Shown: in pieces, positions 36,420-47,042 of the stretch
How the letters are laid out: the number at the start of each line of letters is the position of its first letter
Numbering within the stretch: the stretch's first letter is position 1
Sequence record: KX452698
Direction: 5' to 3' (one strand)
Length of the DNA stretch: 64,000 nucleotides
From: Shigella phage KNP5
Translations under genes and position numbers: made by a program
Notes under the pieces: model-generated
What the model was told of the DNA's origin: nothing
The model's database searches: none
The model's input: the letters and a program-made list of their open reading frames with translations, nothing else

Positions 36420-37744
36420 TTGATTTCCTCTAAATCTTTAGTGTATTCTGTAACTACATCAGTAGTTTTCCAATATTCGTTTTCTTCTTTTTTAGCTTTA
36501 GCTTCTTCAGCAAGTTTCTTTGCTTCGTCGGAAGTCATATGAAAAATGTTCATTCCAACTAGTTTATCAACATAAGAAGAATACATATCAATTTTAGAAA
36601 GTTCTTCGGTCAGTTCTTTACGAGTTTTACCCTGCACAACAATTTCACCCGAAATTACTTTCTTAATGAAATGTGCCTTGGCAAAGGCTAAACGAAATGC
36701 TGATTCAGTTTCTTTGATTTTGTTATCAATTCGTTTTTGGACATAAGTTTTACGAACTTCAACGAAGTCTTTGATTAAATCAACTACGTTATCGTAAACT
36801 TGCAGTTTTCCTTTCTCATTAATAACGGTAATATTCTGGGAACGCCGCTCAATCAACCCGAAGTCTTTCATAATTTTTGCGTGTCGTTCTTCTTCATTAT
36901 CGCTCAAAGAGTATTCTTTACGGAATTTAACTTTGAAGCCAAAACCGTGCTCACCGCAAGCATCATCCCACGTAATGAAGCCTTTATCTTCAAGCGGGTC
37001 TAAGATTTTACTCACGTAAGTTTCACGATCATACTTATACGGAATCTCAGTGATATGCATTTGAGTTCGTGAAGTAAACTTGTACGTTCCACGAATTTCA
37101 TATTGACCGTCAATTTCAACGACTTCACCGCGAAATTCTGGGAATTCTACCTTCGGTTTAGTTACTTTCTTTCCTTGAAGAGCTTGCAATACAGCTTTCT
37201 TGACAGAAGAAACGCTATGAGGAAGAATGTAAGTTGCATAACCAGTTGCAATACCGGAAACACCGTTAAGAAGAACAGTAGGAATAATAGGCAAATAGAA
37301 AGCAGGCGGAATGTGTTCTTTATCTTGATGTACCGGAGCATATTCAGTATCTTTATATACGTTATAGAAATTTTTACTTACACGAGCAAAAATATAACGA
37401 CTTGCCGCTGCTTTTTGAACGGTACGAGAACCAAAGTTTCCTTGACCATCTAACAAAGGAAAGTTATTATTCCAAGTGTTAGCCATCAAAGCGCCCGCGT
37501 CTTGTGCAGAGTTTTCACCATGATGATATCCAAGGTCCGCTACACCACCTGCAATAGAAGCGAGTTTGTGAAACTTATCTTTATTTCCTCGTGCCAAATC
37601 AAGAGCTCGAGCAATAACAAATCGTTGAACTGGCTTAAATCCATCAATCATATTTGGGATAGCACGATTTTCAACCGTGTACATAGCATAAGCCAATGCT
37701 TCATTATCAATGATACTTTTTAAATCGCGATTATTCAGTTGCAT
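36416..37744 (-). CDS. 52: DNA topoisomerase II medium subunit gp52 (GyrA-like)
   Basis: 442-aa ORF MQLNNRDLKSIIDNEALAYAMYTVENRAIPNMIDGFKPVQRFV... (GyrA-type active-site region); length equals T4 gp52. Confidence 0.9.
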   Translation of the reverse strand: MQLNNRDLKSIIDNEALAYAMYTVENRAIPNMIDGFKPVQRFVIARALDLARGNKDKFHKLASIAGGVADLGYHHGENSAQDAGALMANTWNNNFPLLDGQGNFGSRTVQKAAASRYIFARVSKNFYNVYKDTEYAPVHQDKEHIPPAFYLPIIPTVLLNGVSGIATGYATYILPHSVSSVKKAVLQALQGKKVTKPKVEFPEFRGEVVEIDGQYEIRGTYKFTSRTQMHITEIPYKYDRETYVSKILDPLEDKGFITWDDACGEHGFGFKVKFRKEYSLSDNEEERHAKIMKDFGLIERRSQNITVINEKGKLQVYDNVVDLIKDFVEVRKTYVQKRIDNKIKETESAFRLAFAKAHFIKKVISGEIVVQGKTRKELTEELSKIDMYSSYVDKLVGMNIFHMTSDEAKKLAEEAKAKKEENEYWKTTDVVTEYTKDLEEIK

Positions 37745-37881
37745 AAATTTACCATACTAGTGAATGTAGTGCCATAATAACATCAGAAATGAAAAGCACG
37801 ACTTGAATTAATCCGAACATTACTCCATAATATAGTGCTACCAATAAAGTAGCAAGGGCTAATGAATAGCCCAAGATTTTC

Positions 37882-38040
37882 TTAATCATTAGTAAATAAC
37901 AACACAAATGTTAAATATGCACACATACCCTGGGCTAAAGCTTGTGAAAACACACTGCTAGCATCAATACAGATAGTTAAAACACATGCTACTATCCAAC
38001 AAACAAATGAAATAACTCCTAATAATTTTGCGATATTCAT
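37882..38040 (-). CDS. small membrane protein, paralogue of Ac (52.1 position)
   Basis: ATG at 38040 gives MNIAKLLGVISFVCWIVACVLTICIDASSVFSQALAQGMCAYLTFVLLFTND, similar to the neighbouring ac product. Confidence 0.5.
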   Translation of the reverse strand: MNIAKLLGVISFVCWIVACVLTICIDASSVFSQALAQGMCAYLTFVLLFTND

Positions 38041-38050
38041 AATATTCTCC

Positions 38051-38206
38051 TCAACTATTTTTAGAACCAATGTACGCGAATAATGATAAAATCGCTAATA
38101 CGCCCTGAGCTGATGCTTGCAAAAATACTGAAGTTTCTCCAGTTATTACTGTTCCGATGCATAAAAAGAACCAACAGAAAAAGGCTATACCGTGAACAAA
38201 TTTCAT
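38051..38206 (-). CDS. ac: Ac (acridine sensitivity) small membrane protein
   Basis: Hand-translated 51-aa ORF MKFVHGIAFFCWFFLCIGTVITGETSVFLQASAQGVLAILSLFAYIGSKNS; size and position match T4 ac. Confidence 0.65.
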   Translation of the reverse strand: MKFVHGIAFFCWFFLCIGTVITGETSVFLQASAQGVLAILSLFAYIGSKNS

Positions 38207-38213
38207 ATTTTCC

Positions 38214-38294
38214 TCACTGGCGTCCGAAGACGCCTTTGGTTTTAAGATTATTACGATAGAACTGCATCACGTGTTCGTTATGGAAATTACTCAT
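38214..38294 (-). CDS. stp: Stp peptide (activator of host PrrC anticodon nuclease)
   Basis: Hand-translated 26-aa [29 protein letters not shown], matching T4 Stp as recalled; ATG overlaps the ndd stop. Confidence 0.8.
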
Positions 38295-38749
38295 TAGTAT
38301 GCCTGCAAAACAAATTTAAAGTTATCAGACAACATACGGTTCATTTCTTCAAGCGTTTGATATTCAGAATGATGATTACGAGTAAACGCTAAAGCTAACT
38401 GGCCTTTTCCAAATCCTGTCGTCAGAGGTTTCATCTTAGAAGCAGGTAGATAAAATACTGCGTATGGAACATTATTATTTGCAATAGTACGCGCAAGCTG
38501 AGACCGACGTTGACGAATATGACTTAGAACTGCACTGAATCCTTGCTTAGAACGCTGATTACCTACATAAAATCGTGCAGATACACACGGACTATCAAAT
38601 GGACCACCAAATTTGCTCACTAAAAAGTAAAATCCAGGGTTAGACAAAATGTCTTTATGCGGAGTTCCAAAAACCCATTCACCGCCCTTGATTGTACCAA
38701 TAACAGTAGCACCTGCATTATTCAGATCAGTAACAGTCATGTATTTCAT
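38294..38749 (-). CDS. ndd: nucleoid disruption protein Ndd
   Basis: 151-aa ORF at the T4 ndd position; same length as T4 Ndd. Confidence 0.8.
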
Positions 38750-38808
38750 ATTAATTTCCTCTAATTATTTTCTACTCCAAGGCCGCATGAATACACACGG
38801 CCAATAAA

Positions 38809-39024
38809 TTAATCGTCGCAATCGACGCTCAATTCCCAGAACTCTTCTACAGTATAAGTTTCAGTATCATTTTCAATACAGAAACGTTCATTACTGTTGT
38901 TTGCTAAAGTAGCGTTAACTGTCATTTTCTCGCTAGTGCTCTTAAGAGGTGAAATACGAATTAACTGATCACCACTATCCAAGCAAAAAATTTCGCCAAC
39001 TTTTACATCTTTAAAAATTTTCAT
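38809..39024 (-). CDS. hypothetical protein
   Basis: 71-aa ORF. Confidence 0.5.
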   Translation of the reverse strand: MKIFKDVKVGEIFCLDSGDQLIRISPLKSTSEKMTVNATLANNSNERFCIENDTETYTVEEFWELSVDCDD

Positions 39025-39139
39025 AATTCACCTCAGGGAGTATAAAATCCAAATGCAGTTGTTGACCATCCCATCCAATACGGAAAATTTGCACCAACGT
39101 AAAACATGAGAATATAAAACCAACCACTCAGCAAATTTA

Positions 39140-39358
39140 TCATTTTACACCATTCCAAATTGTTTCAACCACAGATTTCAAACCATTTTGGTGAATGTCC
39201 ATTCCGACAACTACCATCAAATAAATTCCAACTACAACTGAACCTAAGGCAAAAATCAGCATGAAAATGAATAAAGCCGGAAAAATATTATCGAAAAACC
39301 ATTCAATAAATGTAAAAGCACCGCGTTTACGCTTCATATTTTCCTCACATAAATCCAA
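39140..39358 (-). CDS. small membrane protein
   Basis: ORF with one hydrophobic helix (FPALFIFMLIFALGSVVVGIYLMVVVG). Confidence 0.5.
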   Translation of the reverse strand: MDLCEENMKRKRGAFTFIEWFFDNIFPALFIFMLIFALGSVVVGIYLMVVVGMDIHQNGLKSVVETIWNGVK

Positions 39359-39593
39359 AGTAAGCGTTTAATACATCAATCATTAAAACGATTGGGAATA
39401 TACTCAAAACTACTAGTATTATAACTACATTCCATATAGCTTTAACAATCTTTTTCATTTTCTGTTCCTCCGTAGTTGATAGGATAATAATACCACAGAG
39501 GAACAGTCTTGTAAACAACTTTTTTAAAAATATTCGTAATAAATGTGAATACCAACTACTACCGCTGAAACTTGCGCAACCCACCATGCACAA
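39345..39593 (-). CDS. small membrane protein
   Basis: Hydrophobic C-terminal half (IVKAIWNVVIILVVLSIFPIVLMIDVL); true start probably an internal ATG. Confidence 0.45.
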   Translation of the reverse strand: MCMVGCASFSGSSWYSHLLRIFLKKLFTRLFLCGIIILSTTEEQKMKKIVKAIWNVVIILVVLSIFPIVLMIDVLNAYFGFM

Positions 39594-39701
39594 GCAATAA
39601 GTACAGAATTCAAAATTTTCATAATAACCTCATTACAAAAGTAAATGTTAAACAAATTAATGGAATACTAATTAACCAAATAAAACACCACCATAATGAA
39701 C

Positions 39702-40058
39702 TCATAGTTCAATCTCAGCGATTTTCATTTCATTACTATTAATAGCCGCTTTAAGACTATCTGAAAGAATTACATTCCAGTGGTCATTCATATGACCATT
39801 AACTAAGCGTGTAATTTCTTCGGGAGTTGAAAAATAAGGCGTATCAGACTCCCAATGCGATAGTCCCAAGCGAGTATAAATCATGCCTTCATCATCGCTA
39901 GAATATTCAACTGACACAAACTCATCAGTTATTTTATGTTTAGCGTAATAAAATTTAAATTTCATTTTTACTCCTCCGTAGCTGATAGTTGTATAGTACC
40001 ACAGTCCTTGTGGTATGTAAACCGTTTTGTGAAAATTTTTTAAATGGAAAGATACCAT
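39702..40058 (-). CDS. hypothetical protein
   Basis: 118-aa ORF downstream of an early promoter. Confidence 0.5.
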   Translation of the reverse strand: MVSFHLKNFHKTVYIPQGLWYYTTISYGGVKMKFKFYYAKHKITDEFVSVEYSSDDEGMIYTRLGLSHWESDTPYFSTPEEITRLVNGHMNDHWNVILSDSLKAAINSNEMKIAEIEL

Positions 40059-40597
40059 CCGTTGTAGTTGCTTTTTCTTACAACCTTACGAAGGTCTTCT
40101 CTATCACCGATGAACTTCGGAGTGTACTGGATGACACCTGGGTGAATTTCTTTAGTGTTGAATATAATTATACAGTCAGCGACCTGATGATTCAGAATGG
40201 GCCCTAGATTTATTCCAGAACCATATGGATACTCTCCGCTGCATCCTGTTGTTACAGAAATCCAACGTGAGTCAGTTTGATGTGTCTTAACTTCTACACG
40301 AAGCCCGCAGTATCTTGGATGCGCCAATACATCCCATGCGTATGTATACGGGTCATTAACGTCCTCTTGGCCTTTATTAACATACCCGCTTAGCCAATCT
40401 GCTACAAAAAACTCTGCGTACACCGCGATACGGCATCTTTCGATAACTTCTGCTTTATCCTGATTTGGATTTTGTTTTAAAGAGTATCTTGCTGTATCAG
40501 CAATTTTGACCTTCATTTCACTAGTCAAGTCACTGTTCGATAGGGTAAATGTCGGAATCTGAAATAGTCTCTGTAAACCCGGATTCGTTTTCTGCAT
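40040..40597 (-). CDS. denB: endonuclease IV
   Basis: 185-aa ORF at the T4 denB position; same length as T4 EndoIV. Confidence 0.8.
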   Translation of the reverse strand: MQKTNPGLQRLFQIPTFTLSNSDLTSEMKVKIADTARYSLKQNPNQDKAEVIERCRIAVYAEFFVADWLSGYVNKGQEDVNDPYTYAWDVLAHPRYCGLRVEVKTHQTDSRWISVTTGCSGEYPYGSGINLGPILNHQVADCIIIFNTKEIHPGVIQYTPKFIGDREDLRKVVRKSNYNGWYLSI

Positions 40598-40859
40598 TTA
40601 GACTTTCCTTTTTACCGCTGAGATAAGCGTTATATACTTTAAGAGTGCCGTAATAAATTCGGTCATTTTCATCTAAAGACTCATGGTCAAGTTCATCGAG
40701 TTCCTTTTTATCCATGACTATAATATCATTGCAGTAAAGAAACCCAAGTTTTTCGTGACCAAACTCAAATTTATTGCAGTACACAATATTAGCATGATGA
40801 TTTCCGTGCAGTTTAATCTCTTTTATGTCGGAATCACCGATATTCATACAATAAATCAT
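40530..40859 (-). CDS. hypothetical protein (denB.1 position)
   Basis: 109-aa ORF. Confidence 0.5.
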   Translation of the reverse strand: MIYCMNIGDSDIKEIKLHGNHHANIVYCNKFEFGHEKLGFLYCNDIIVMDKKELDELDHESLDENDRIYYGTLKVYNAYLSGKKESLNAENESGFTETISDSDIYPIEQ

Positions 40860-40897
40860 AATTTTTCCTTAAAACAAAAGGGCCGAAGCCCCTTATT

Positions 40898-41092
40898 TTA
40901 TTTGAATTGTGCAATTCTTTTTTCTAAACAGTCTGCGTAAGATTTCATTGAGATGAACTGTGAAAGCAGTAATTCTTGCTCAACTTCATTAACTGATAGA
41001 AACTTTGTGCTTTCTAAAAATTTGCTCAGTGCATTAATTTTGAGCATTAATTGATCGTATTCTTCTTTTACTCGTGCTTGATAACCTAACAT
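40898..41092 (-). CDS. hypothetical helical protein
   Basis: 64-aa ORF bracketed by GC tetraloop hairpins at 40880-40891 and 41109-41120. Confidence 0.5.
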   Translation of the reverse strand: MLGYQARVKEEYDQLMLKINALSKFLESTKFLSVNEVEQELLLSQFISMKSYADCLEKRIAQFK

Positions 41093-41120
41093 AATTTTCC
41101 TTAGTTAAGGGCCGAAGCCC

Positions 41121-42059
41121 TTATTTAAATTGTTCAGTAACGTCTTCAACTACTTCATATTGGCAGGTACGCATTTTAGCATCGTTGTAATCAATCGGAA
41201 TTGATACTACATCACGCGGATGCACTTTAACTTTTACAACTCGACTGGTTGAACTACCAAAGTGACGAATATAAGATTTAGAACACACATGCAGACCACG
41301 AGAACAAGTTTGTGTATCATCGTCATTCACACGAGTACGTGGCATTTTAACTACTTTACCAGGGCTGTTATCAAAAGTATTTGAATGACAGTCAAAGTAA
41401 TTACTGCGAACTACTTTCCAAGCATAGAAGTAGCCATCTTCTGTAATTTCAATATCGTTTGCTACCAAGAAATCAAAGAGTCGAGATACCGCTTTTTGGC
41501 TCGGGTTTTCCAACAGATTTTCCAAGAACGGAAAATAAAATTCAAAGTTTTCGCCTTTTTCCATCGAATCGAGAATACGATCAACTAAACCAGACCGCAA
41601 TTCAATATTTTGATAGAACAAGCTTCCACCTTCAATTCGAACATCACCGGAAATATATTTTTCAACAGCGCGACGAACGTTAATTTTTTGCGCCGCTTCT
41701 TCCAATTTATCTGCAACAAGCAGATTAAGAATTTCCTGGAAGTTTGAATGAGTATTAGGAGTTGCGTTATAAGTTACACCGTCAGCAGTAATTGAAATGA
41801 ATTTTTTAGATGCATTCCAAATAATGTCAGATTTAGCAACTGGAGCAATGGCTACATCACTCTTAACTTCAACTGTAATGTCACCGCTAATGGTAACTTT
41901 GGAACGCTCAGCTTCTTCAGCATTTTTCAAAACACGACGGATTGTGTCAACCGATACACCTTGCCAATCAGCCAATTCCTGTTGGGTGTAATTACCACTT
42001 GAATACAGTTTGACAATTTCAGCTTGTTCGTTTTTGGTCAGGCATTTAATATTGTACAT
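41121..42059 (-). CDS. rIIB: rIIB lysis-inhibition/membrane-associated protein
   Basis: 312-aa ORF immediately downstream of rIIA; length equals T4 rIIB. Confidence 0.85.
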   Translation of the reverse strand: MYNIKCLTKNEQAEIVKLYSSGNYTQQELADWQGVSVDTIRRVLKNAEEAERSKVTISGDITVEVKSDVAIAPVAKSDIIWNASKKFISITADGVTYNATPNTHSNFQEILNLLVADKLEEAAQKINVRRAVEKYISGDVRIEGGSLFYQNIELRSGLVDRILDSMEKGENFEFYFPFLENLLENPSQKAVSRLFDFLVANDIEITEDGYFYAWKVVRSNYFDCHSNTFDNSPGKVVKMPRTRVNDDDTQTCSRGLHVCSKSYIRHFGSSTSRVVKVKVHPRDVVSIPIDYNDAKMRTCQYEVVEDVTEQFK

Positions 42060-42070
42060 AATTTTCCTTA

Positions 42071-44248
42071 TTAGGCCGCAAGGGCCTTCATAGTTTTAGC
42101 GATTTGGGAAACTTCATCATCGCTTAAAGAGTTGCGATAACCGATGAAGTCGGAAACAATACGGAATTTCTTGGTAAACTCAGCAACCATTTTATCACTG
42201 TTTTTTGAAGCATTGTTTGATAATACATCAAAAAGATTAGTTACTGTCCAGATGTCATGACCGATGGTATCTTTTCCACAGTTGAAATATACACCCTGTA
42301 ATGAACTAACCATATTAGCGAGTCGTGTATATTCTTCGGAAACTTCATCTACACTGAAGTACTTCATCATAAAATCTAACTCAGGATACTTGATAATTTT
42401 ATCAATATATCGTTTAGCTGAACTTGAATAACCTACATACTTATCATAATCTACAGCATCAAAAGCATCTACATATAAATCACGCAGAGTTTCAAAAATA
42501 CATTGGCACTGACCAAGTTCTTTTACCTTTTTCTGTAAAAGTGGACGAATAACATAAAATTCATTAATGCCAATAAGATTAGCCATACGAGTCAAAATAC
42601 TCGTAGATGGATGACAAAGCGATGTAGTGCCATCCATAGAGAAAATATCAGAACGATGCATGTATGCTACATAACCAGTAATTTCATCTGCTTCTGACGT
42701 AAGTGTAAACAGTTCCTCTTTTTCCCAGCGCCCGTCTTTAATTTCAAACTTAAACGCAGTAGCAGCTTTAGGACGAGGAGCTTTACTTTTAACTGCCTTC
42801 GGAATATAACTTTTAACTAAAGCTTCAATTTCTGACAAATAATGAATGTTAACTTCATCACTTTCAAACATTGCCATAATATCAGGAAGTAAATCAATCT
42901 GCGATTCTACTTCCGGATTAATAAACAGAAGACGCTCATTATGATGAATATTCAAAGTGTTATTAAATTCACTATCATCTAACGCATGCGCTAATCCACG
43001 GACAATATTAACACGATTTTTAATATTATCAATAACGATATTGATTTTTGTTGTATTAATACCAAACAAACGATAACTTGATGCAACGGCTGAAGTTTCA
43101 TGGCTTTGCTTAATACGTTTCAGCCGAGGGTCAAGATTTACTTCATACACAACTCCTGCATTGCATAACTTACTGTCAGGTTCAAACATGCTTTGCATCT
43201 TCTTATATGACAGATTTTTAGTCGTAAATTTGACTGAATTACTAATCATATAATCTCGAGCAGAATATCCCATCTTCATCAATTCACGGTATGTATGACG
43301 AGGAGATGTAGATTCTTTAAATCGTTTTACATCTTCATTGAATGCTTTCTCACTAAGCTCTTTAACACGCTCAATAATATTTTTACGAGTACGATCATCT
43401 AGTGAAAGAGCTTCGCGTGATGGAGCAATATCCAGTGAACCCATTGGAAACTTAATGTAATTCACTTCATTGCGGATGCTTAACCAGTTACGGTCTCTAA
43501 TAACACCATCGATAGGATAAACAATACCGCCATAGATAGCATACAATCCACCACGATCTGGCCAGTATCTTTCTGGATTTACGCCGTAATAGTCATCAAA
43601 ATCCGGAAAATAATCAATTTCGCGGTCAAGACCATTAATGATAGCTAAATCTTTGAATGGTCGCATGATATAAGAAACTTCATAAGCAAAGTTTCTAAAG
43701 TCTTTTTCTTCAACTGGAACTACGATTTCAATACCAGTTTTATCATCTGGACCCATTTCTTTTACGAATGTAGGTTTAATTTGCGGACCATCACCATCCA
43801 TGTAAGCTACATAACCGCGAATTTCACCTTTATGGTATGAAGTGATACTAAACGTATCAGTATAGCTAAACGGAGATTTAGAACCTAAACCAAATCCGCC
43901 AATGAAATCGTTAGATTCAGCCTTAGATGAACTGAAGTATGAATTATACAGCCCAGGAGAATTATCATCACCCTGAATATCAAAATCGCTCATACCTGGA
44001 CCAAAATCTCGACAAACAAATCGCGGATCTAATCGTCCTGGAACTTGAATGATAAATTTTTCAGGATTTCCATTAAGAGCATGGGCATCAATCATGTTGG
44101 TAATCAATTCACGGACAACTGCGCGAATCTTGTTTGTATACAAATCAGATGACAGAATTTTAAATACTTTAGGAGATGCTGTGATGCTAAATGCCTTTGA
44201 TTTAGAACCATTACCAAGAATTGTTTCTTTTTCAGTGGTGATAATCAT
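42071..44248 (-). CDS. rIIA: rIIA protein
   Basis: 725-aa [35 protein letters not shown]... with GHKL-ATPase-like N-terminus (ELITNMIDA, GxGxG); length equals T4 rIIA. Confidence 0.9.
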   Translation of the reverse strand: MIITTEKETILGNGSKSKAFSITASPKVFKILSSDLYTNKIRAVVRELITNMIDAHALNGNPEKFIIQVPGRLDPRFVCRDFGPGMSDFDIQGDDNSPGLYNSYFSSSKAESNDFIGGFGLGSKSPFSYTDTFSITSYHKGEIRGYVAYMDGDGPQIKPTFVKEMGPDDKTGIEIVVPVEEKDFRNFAYEVSYIMRPFKDLAIINGLDREIDYFPDFDDYYGVNPERYWPDRGGLYAIYGGIVYPIDGVIRDRNWLSIRNEVNYIKFPMGSLDIAPSREALSLDDRTRKNIIERVKELSEKAFNEDVKRFKESTSPRHTYRELMKMGYSARDYMISNSVKFTTKNLSYKKMQSMFEPDSKLCNAGVVYEVNLDPRLKRIKQSHETSAVASSYRLFGINTTKINIVIDNIKNRVNIVRGLAHALDDSEFNNTLNIHHNERLLFINPEVESQIDLLPDIMAMFESDEVNIHYLSEIEALVKSYIPKAVKSKAPRPKAATAFKFEIKDGRWEKEELFTLTSEADEITGYVAYMHRSDIFSMDGTTSLCHPSTSILTRMANLIGINEFYVIRPLLQKKVKELGQCQCIFETLRDLYVDAFDAVDYDKYVGYSSSAKRYIDKIIKYPELDFMMKYFSVDEVSEEYTRLANMVSSLQGVYFNCGKDTIGHDIWTVTNLFDVLSNNASKNSDKMVAEFTKKFRIVSDFIGYRNSLSDDEVSQIAKTMKALAA

Positions 44249-44258
44249 AATTTCCTCA

Positions 44259-44462
44259 TTAATTCATATTGCGTTTAATAACTTCAGCAACTTCTAGTAG
44301 TTCATCTTTAGTTGCGGTGTCGGATTGAATTTTATCTCTAATATTCTTAAAGCGGTTTTTAAACTCTTCAGCTTCTCCCATATCGAAAAAGCGTTGGATG
44401 ATTCTATATTCTCGATGAACTGCTTTATCAAAAAGTTCTAAATTTACTTTATATGATTTCAT
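44259..44462 (-). CDS. hypothetical protein (rIIA.1 position)
   Basis: 67-aa ORF. Confidence 0.55.
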   Translation of the reverse strand: MKSYKVNLELFDKAVHREYRIIQRFFDMGEAEEFKNRFKNIRDKIQSDTATKDELLEVAEVIKRNMN

Positions 44463-44516
44463 TTCAATATCCTCATTTGCCCAATTAATTATACCACATC
44501 CTTGTGGTAAAGTAAA

Positions 44517-46334
44517 CTACTGGCTCATCCATTCTTTACGAAGGTCAGCATTATCCCCCATGAGCATTTCAAAAAGCTCTTTCCAGTTCTCAGGAAGTTT
44601 AACAACATCATATACCGGATTTTGAATCATCTCACGATATTCAGATTTTTCCAAAGAGCCAAGTCCCTTAATATAACGGATGCTATGTTTAGGTAGAGCA
44701 TCTTTGGCACTCTCATATTCAGCGACTGTATAAAACCATTCTTGTTTTTTACCGACCTGAGCGATGATTACGGGAGTTTTGACGAAGCGAATTCTTCCTT
44801 GTTCAAACAGTTCCGGCCAATTACTAAAAAATCCGAGCAGAGAAGGATAAATGCTTCCTAGACCATCGTGGTCAGCATCAGTCATAATAGCAATATTATG
44901 ATAATTCAAGTTTTCAGCTTTTTCACCAAGAACTAATCCAGTGATTGCGCAAATATCAAACAGTTCTTTGTTTTTAAGCATATCAGCATATGACATACCC
45001 CAACTGTTGAGAACTTTACCACGCAATGGATAACCACCGTGAAGTTCTTTATCACGAACATCAATAAGATATCCGATAGCAGAATCACCCTCAGTCAAGA
45101 AAAGAGTAGTATCAGCATCTTTACCACAAAGATTCGCTTTAATATGTTTATGAACCTTAGCTTTAGAAGCCTTTTTAGCTGCTTTAGTTTCTGCTGCCTT
45201 TTCTGCCGCTAATTTACGAGCCAAGGCAGCTTCAATAATTGGCATTAAAATTGCTTCATTGTTTAAAATAGCGCGTGAAATCTTTTTAGCATCAAGCTGA
45301 ATATGACTACGAATTTCACCAAATGGAGAAGTCAAACGCTCTTTAGTTTGAGAATCAAATCGCATGTTTTTCATATCACGAACAAACATAACGATAGTCA
45401 AGCATTCTTTAACACGTGCTTTAGTTACATCAATTTTGAACTTGCGTTTAATTTGTGGAATAAGGTCTTCACAAATATCATCCATAACGCAGTCAATGTG
45501 ATGGCCGCCATTCTTAGTATGAATGTTATTGACATATGTTAATTGACGAAAACCATCCGGTGAACGACCAACCGCAATAGAACAATTTTCCTGTTCTTGA
45601 ACTATAGCATGCTCATCATATTGGCGTGCGTATTTCTTAAAATTACCCTGAACCTTTTTACCGTTAAAGGTAAATTGAATATCAGGATAAACTACTGCAA
45701 GTGTCTGGAGACGATCCAGTGTAATGTCAAGATAAACTTGAGATAGCTCATTAGTTTCAAATGACATAAAATCAGGAATGAAAGTAACACGAGTTCCTTT
45801 CCATTTTCCAGGAATATCTTCCCATGATTTATTTTCCATGCCATTTGAACAACGAACTACAATATTATTTTGACCATCGCCAGTTTCACCAACAAACATT
45901 ACAGAAAAAATGTTAGTTAAACTAGAACCAACACCGTTCATACCGCCAGTGACGCGTTCTTTATCATCACCGAAGTTACCACCTGCTTTTGGAATAGTCC
46001 AGGCGGCAACAGGACCAGGAATTTCTTCGCCAGTAGGTGTTTTAACCATCGCTTGTGGAATACCACGACCGTTATCTTCAACAGTTACTTGATTGTTTTT
46101 GATAGTAACATTAATTTTATTCGCGAATTTAAACTTAGTACGAATACCTTCATCTACTGAGTTATCGATAATTTCATCAATAAGCTTAACAAGACCAGGT
46201 ACATACTGAACACTTTCCCATTTACCAAACAGAAAGCGCTCATGCATTTCATTAGCAGAAGAGCCAATATACATGCCGCTACGCTTTTTGATATGTTCAA
46301 TATCGCTCAGAATTTTAATTTCATTCTTAATCAT
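44517..46334 (-). CDS. 39: DNA topoisomerase II large subunit, contiguous 39+60 form
   Basis: ATG at 46334 gives MIKNEIKILSDIEHIKKRSGMYIGS...; C-terminal ~150 aa (...AIMTDADHDGLGSIYPSLLGFFSNWPELFEQGRIRFVKTP...KEWMSQ) correspond to T4 gp60 as recalled, in one uninterrupted ORF. Confidence 0.9.
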   Translation of the reverse strand: MIKNEIKILSDIEHIKKRSGMYIGSSANEMHERFLFGKWESVQYVPGLVKLIDEIIDNSVDEGIRTKFKFANKINVTIKNNQVTVEDNGRGIPQAMVKTPTGEEIPGPVAAWTIPKAGGNFGDDKERVTGGMNGVGSSLTNIFSVMFVGETGDGQNNIVVRCSNGMENKSWEDIPGKWKGTRVTFIPDFMSFETNELSQVYLDITLDRLQTLAVVYPDIQFTFNGKKVQGNFKKYARQYDEHAIVQEQENCSIAVGRSPDGFRQLTYVNNIHTKNGGHHIDCVMDDICEDLIPQIKRKFKIDVTKARVKECLTIVMFVRDMKNMRFDSQTKERLTSPFGEIRSHIQLDAKKISRAILNNEAILMPIIEAALARKLAAEKAAETKAAKKASKAKVHKHIKANLCGKDADTTLFLTEGDSAIGYLIDVRDKELHGGYPLRGKVLNSWGMSYADMLKNKELFDICAITGLVLGEKAENLNYHNIAIMTDADHDGLGSIYPSLLGFFSNWPELFEQGRIRFVKTPVIIAQVGKKQEWFYTVAEYESAKDALPKHSIRYIKGLGSLEKSEYREMIQNPVYDVVKLPENWKELFEMLMGDNADLRKEWMSQ

Positions 46335-46403
46335 CACTTATCCTCGTTTGGTTTCGGGAATATTATACTCCGGTAATCATAAAGCTAAAGGCCCGAAGGC
46401 CTT

Positions 46404-46676
46404 TTATTTAAAACGGATAGTCGAATCCTTGAAGAATAGACCAGAACATACGGTTCCTTCTACTTTCTGCCCGGTAGGTCCAATAGCACGAAATCCAGTA
46501 TGTTGGAAATCATTTTCAGAGCAACCGAACCAATTGTATCCAGTGATTTCAATATTAGTAAACCCACTTGAAGACAAAACTTTGGTTGCATTATCAGCGT
46601 CAGTACATCCTACTAAAGATACTGCTAATACTAATGCCGCGATAGAACGATTAACATATTTCATAATTTCACTCAA
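46404..46676 (-). CDS. small lipoprotein (39.1 position)
   Basis: 90-aa ORF with signal peptide and lipobox LVGCT; GC hairpin with flanking A/T runs at 46390-46401 just downstream. Confidence 0.55.
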   Translation of the reverse strand: MSEIMKYVNRSIAALVLAVSLVGCTDADNATKVLSSSGFTNIEITGYNWFGCSENDFQHTGFRAIGPTGQKVEGTVCSGLFFKDSTIRFK

Positions 46677-47040
46677 ATTTAATGGCTTGAAGGAGACTAA
46701 TAATTCTCAAGCGGCTTCTTTCATCTTTAACCGTAAAAGAAAGAGGGTCGCCAGATTTCATAGTGATAGTGCATTCAAAACTAAAATCTTCAGGAACTTC
46801 TTCGAAGAAGTCAAATTCTTCATCATATATTAGAACATTACTCTGAAAACTGTGAAGAATTTTTCCGTCATTTCCAGATGCTGTACTAATCATTGTAACA
46901 TTATTACCTTTCATATCTTCAACGATAAATTCGCTTGTAGATATTACGGCATTAATAGAACCATTCCTATAAATAGAAGAAAGCAGATATTTCTTTTCTT
47001 CACCTTCACGAACACGATATTTCTTACCGATTTTAAACAT
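46669..47040 (-). CDS. hypothetical protein (39.2 position)
   Basis: 123 aa from ATG at 47040. Confidence 0.5.
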   Translation of the reverse strand: MFKIGKKYRVREGEEKKYLLSSIYRNGSINAVISTSEFIVEDMKGNNVTMISTASGNDGKILHSFQSNVLIYDEEFDFFEEVPEDFSFECTITMKSGDPLSFTVKDERSRLRIISLLQAIKFE

Positions 47041-47042
47041 AA

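Noticed and set aside
42074-42086. GGCC-GCAAG-GGCC hairpin near the rIIA/rIIB junction
   Set aside because: Lies within the last codons of rIIA (KALAA), so it is coding sequence, not an intercistronic element.
46273-46833. 186-aa plus-strand ORF spanning the gene 39 start and 39.1
   Set aside because: Antisense to two well-supported minus-strand genes and crossing their junction, with no Shine-Dalgarno sequence; shadow ORF.
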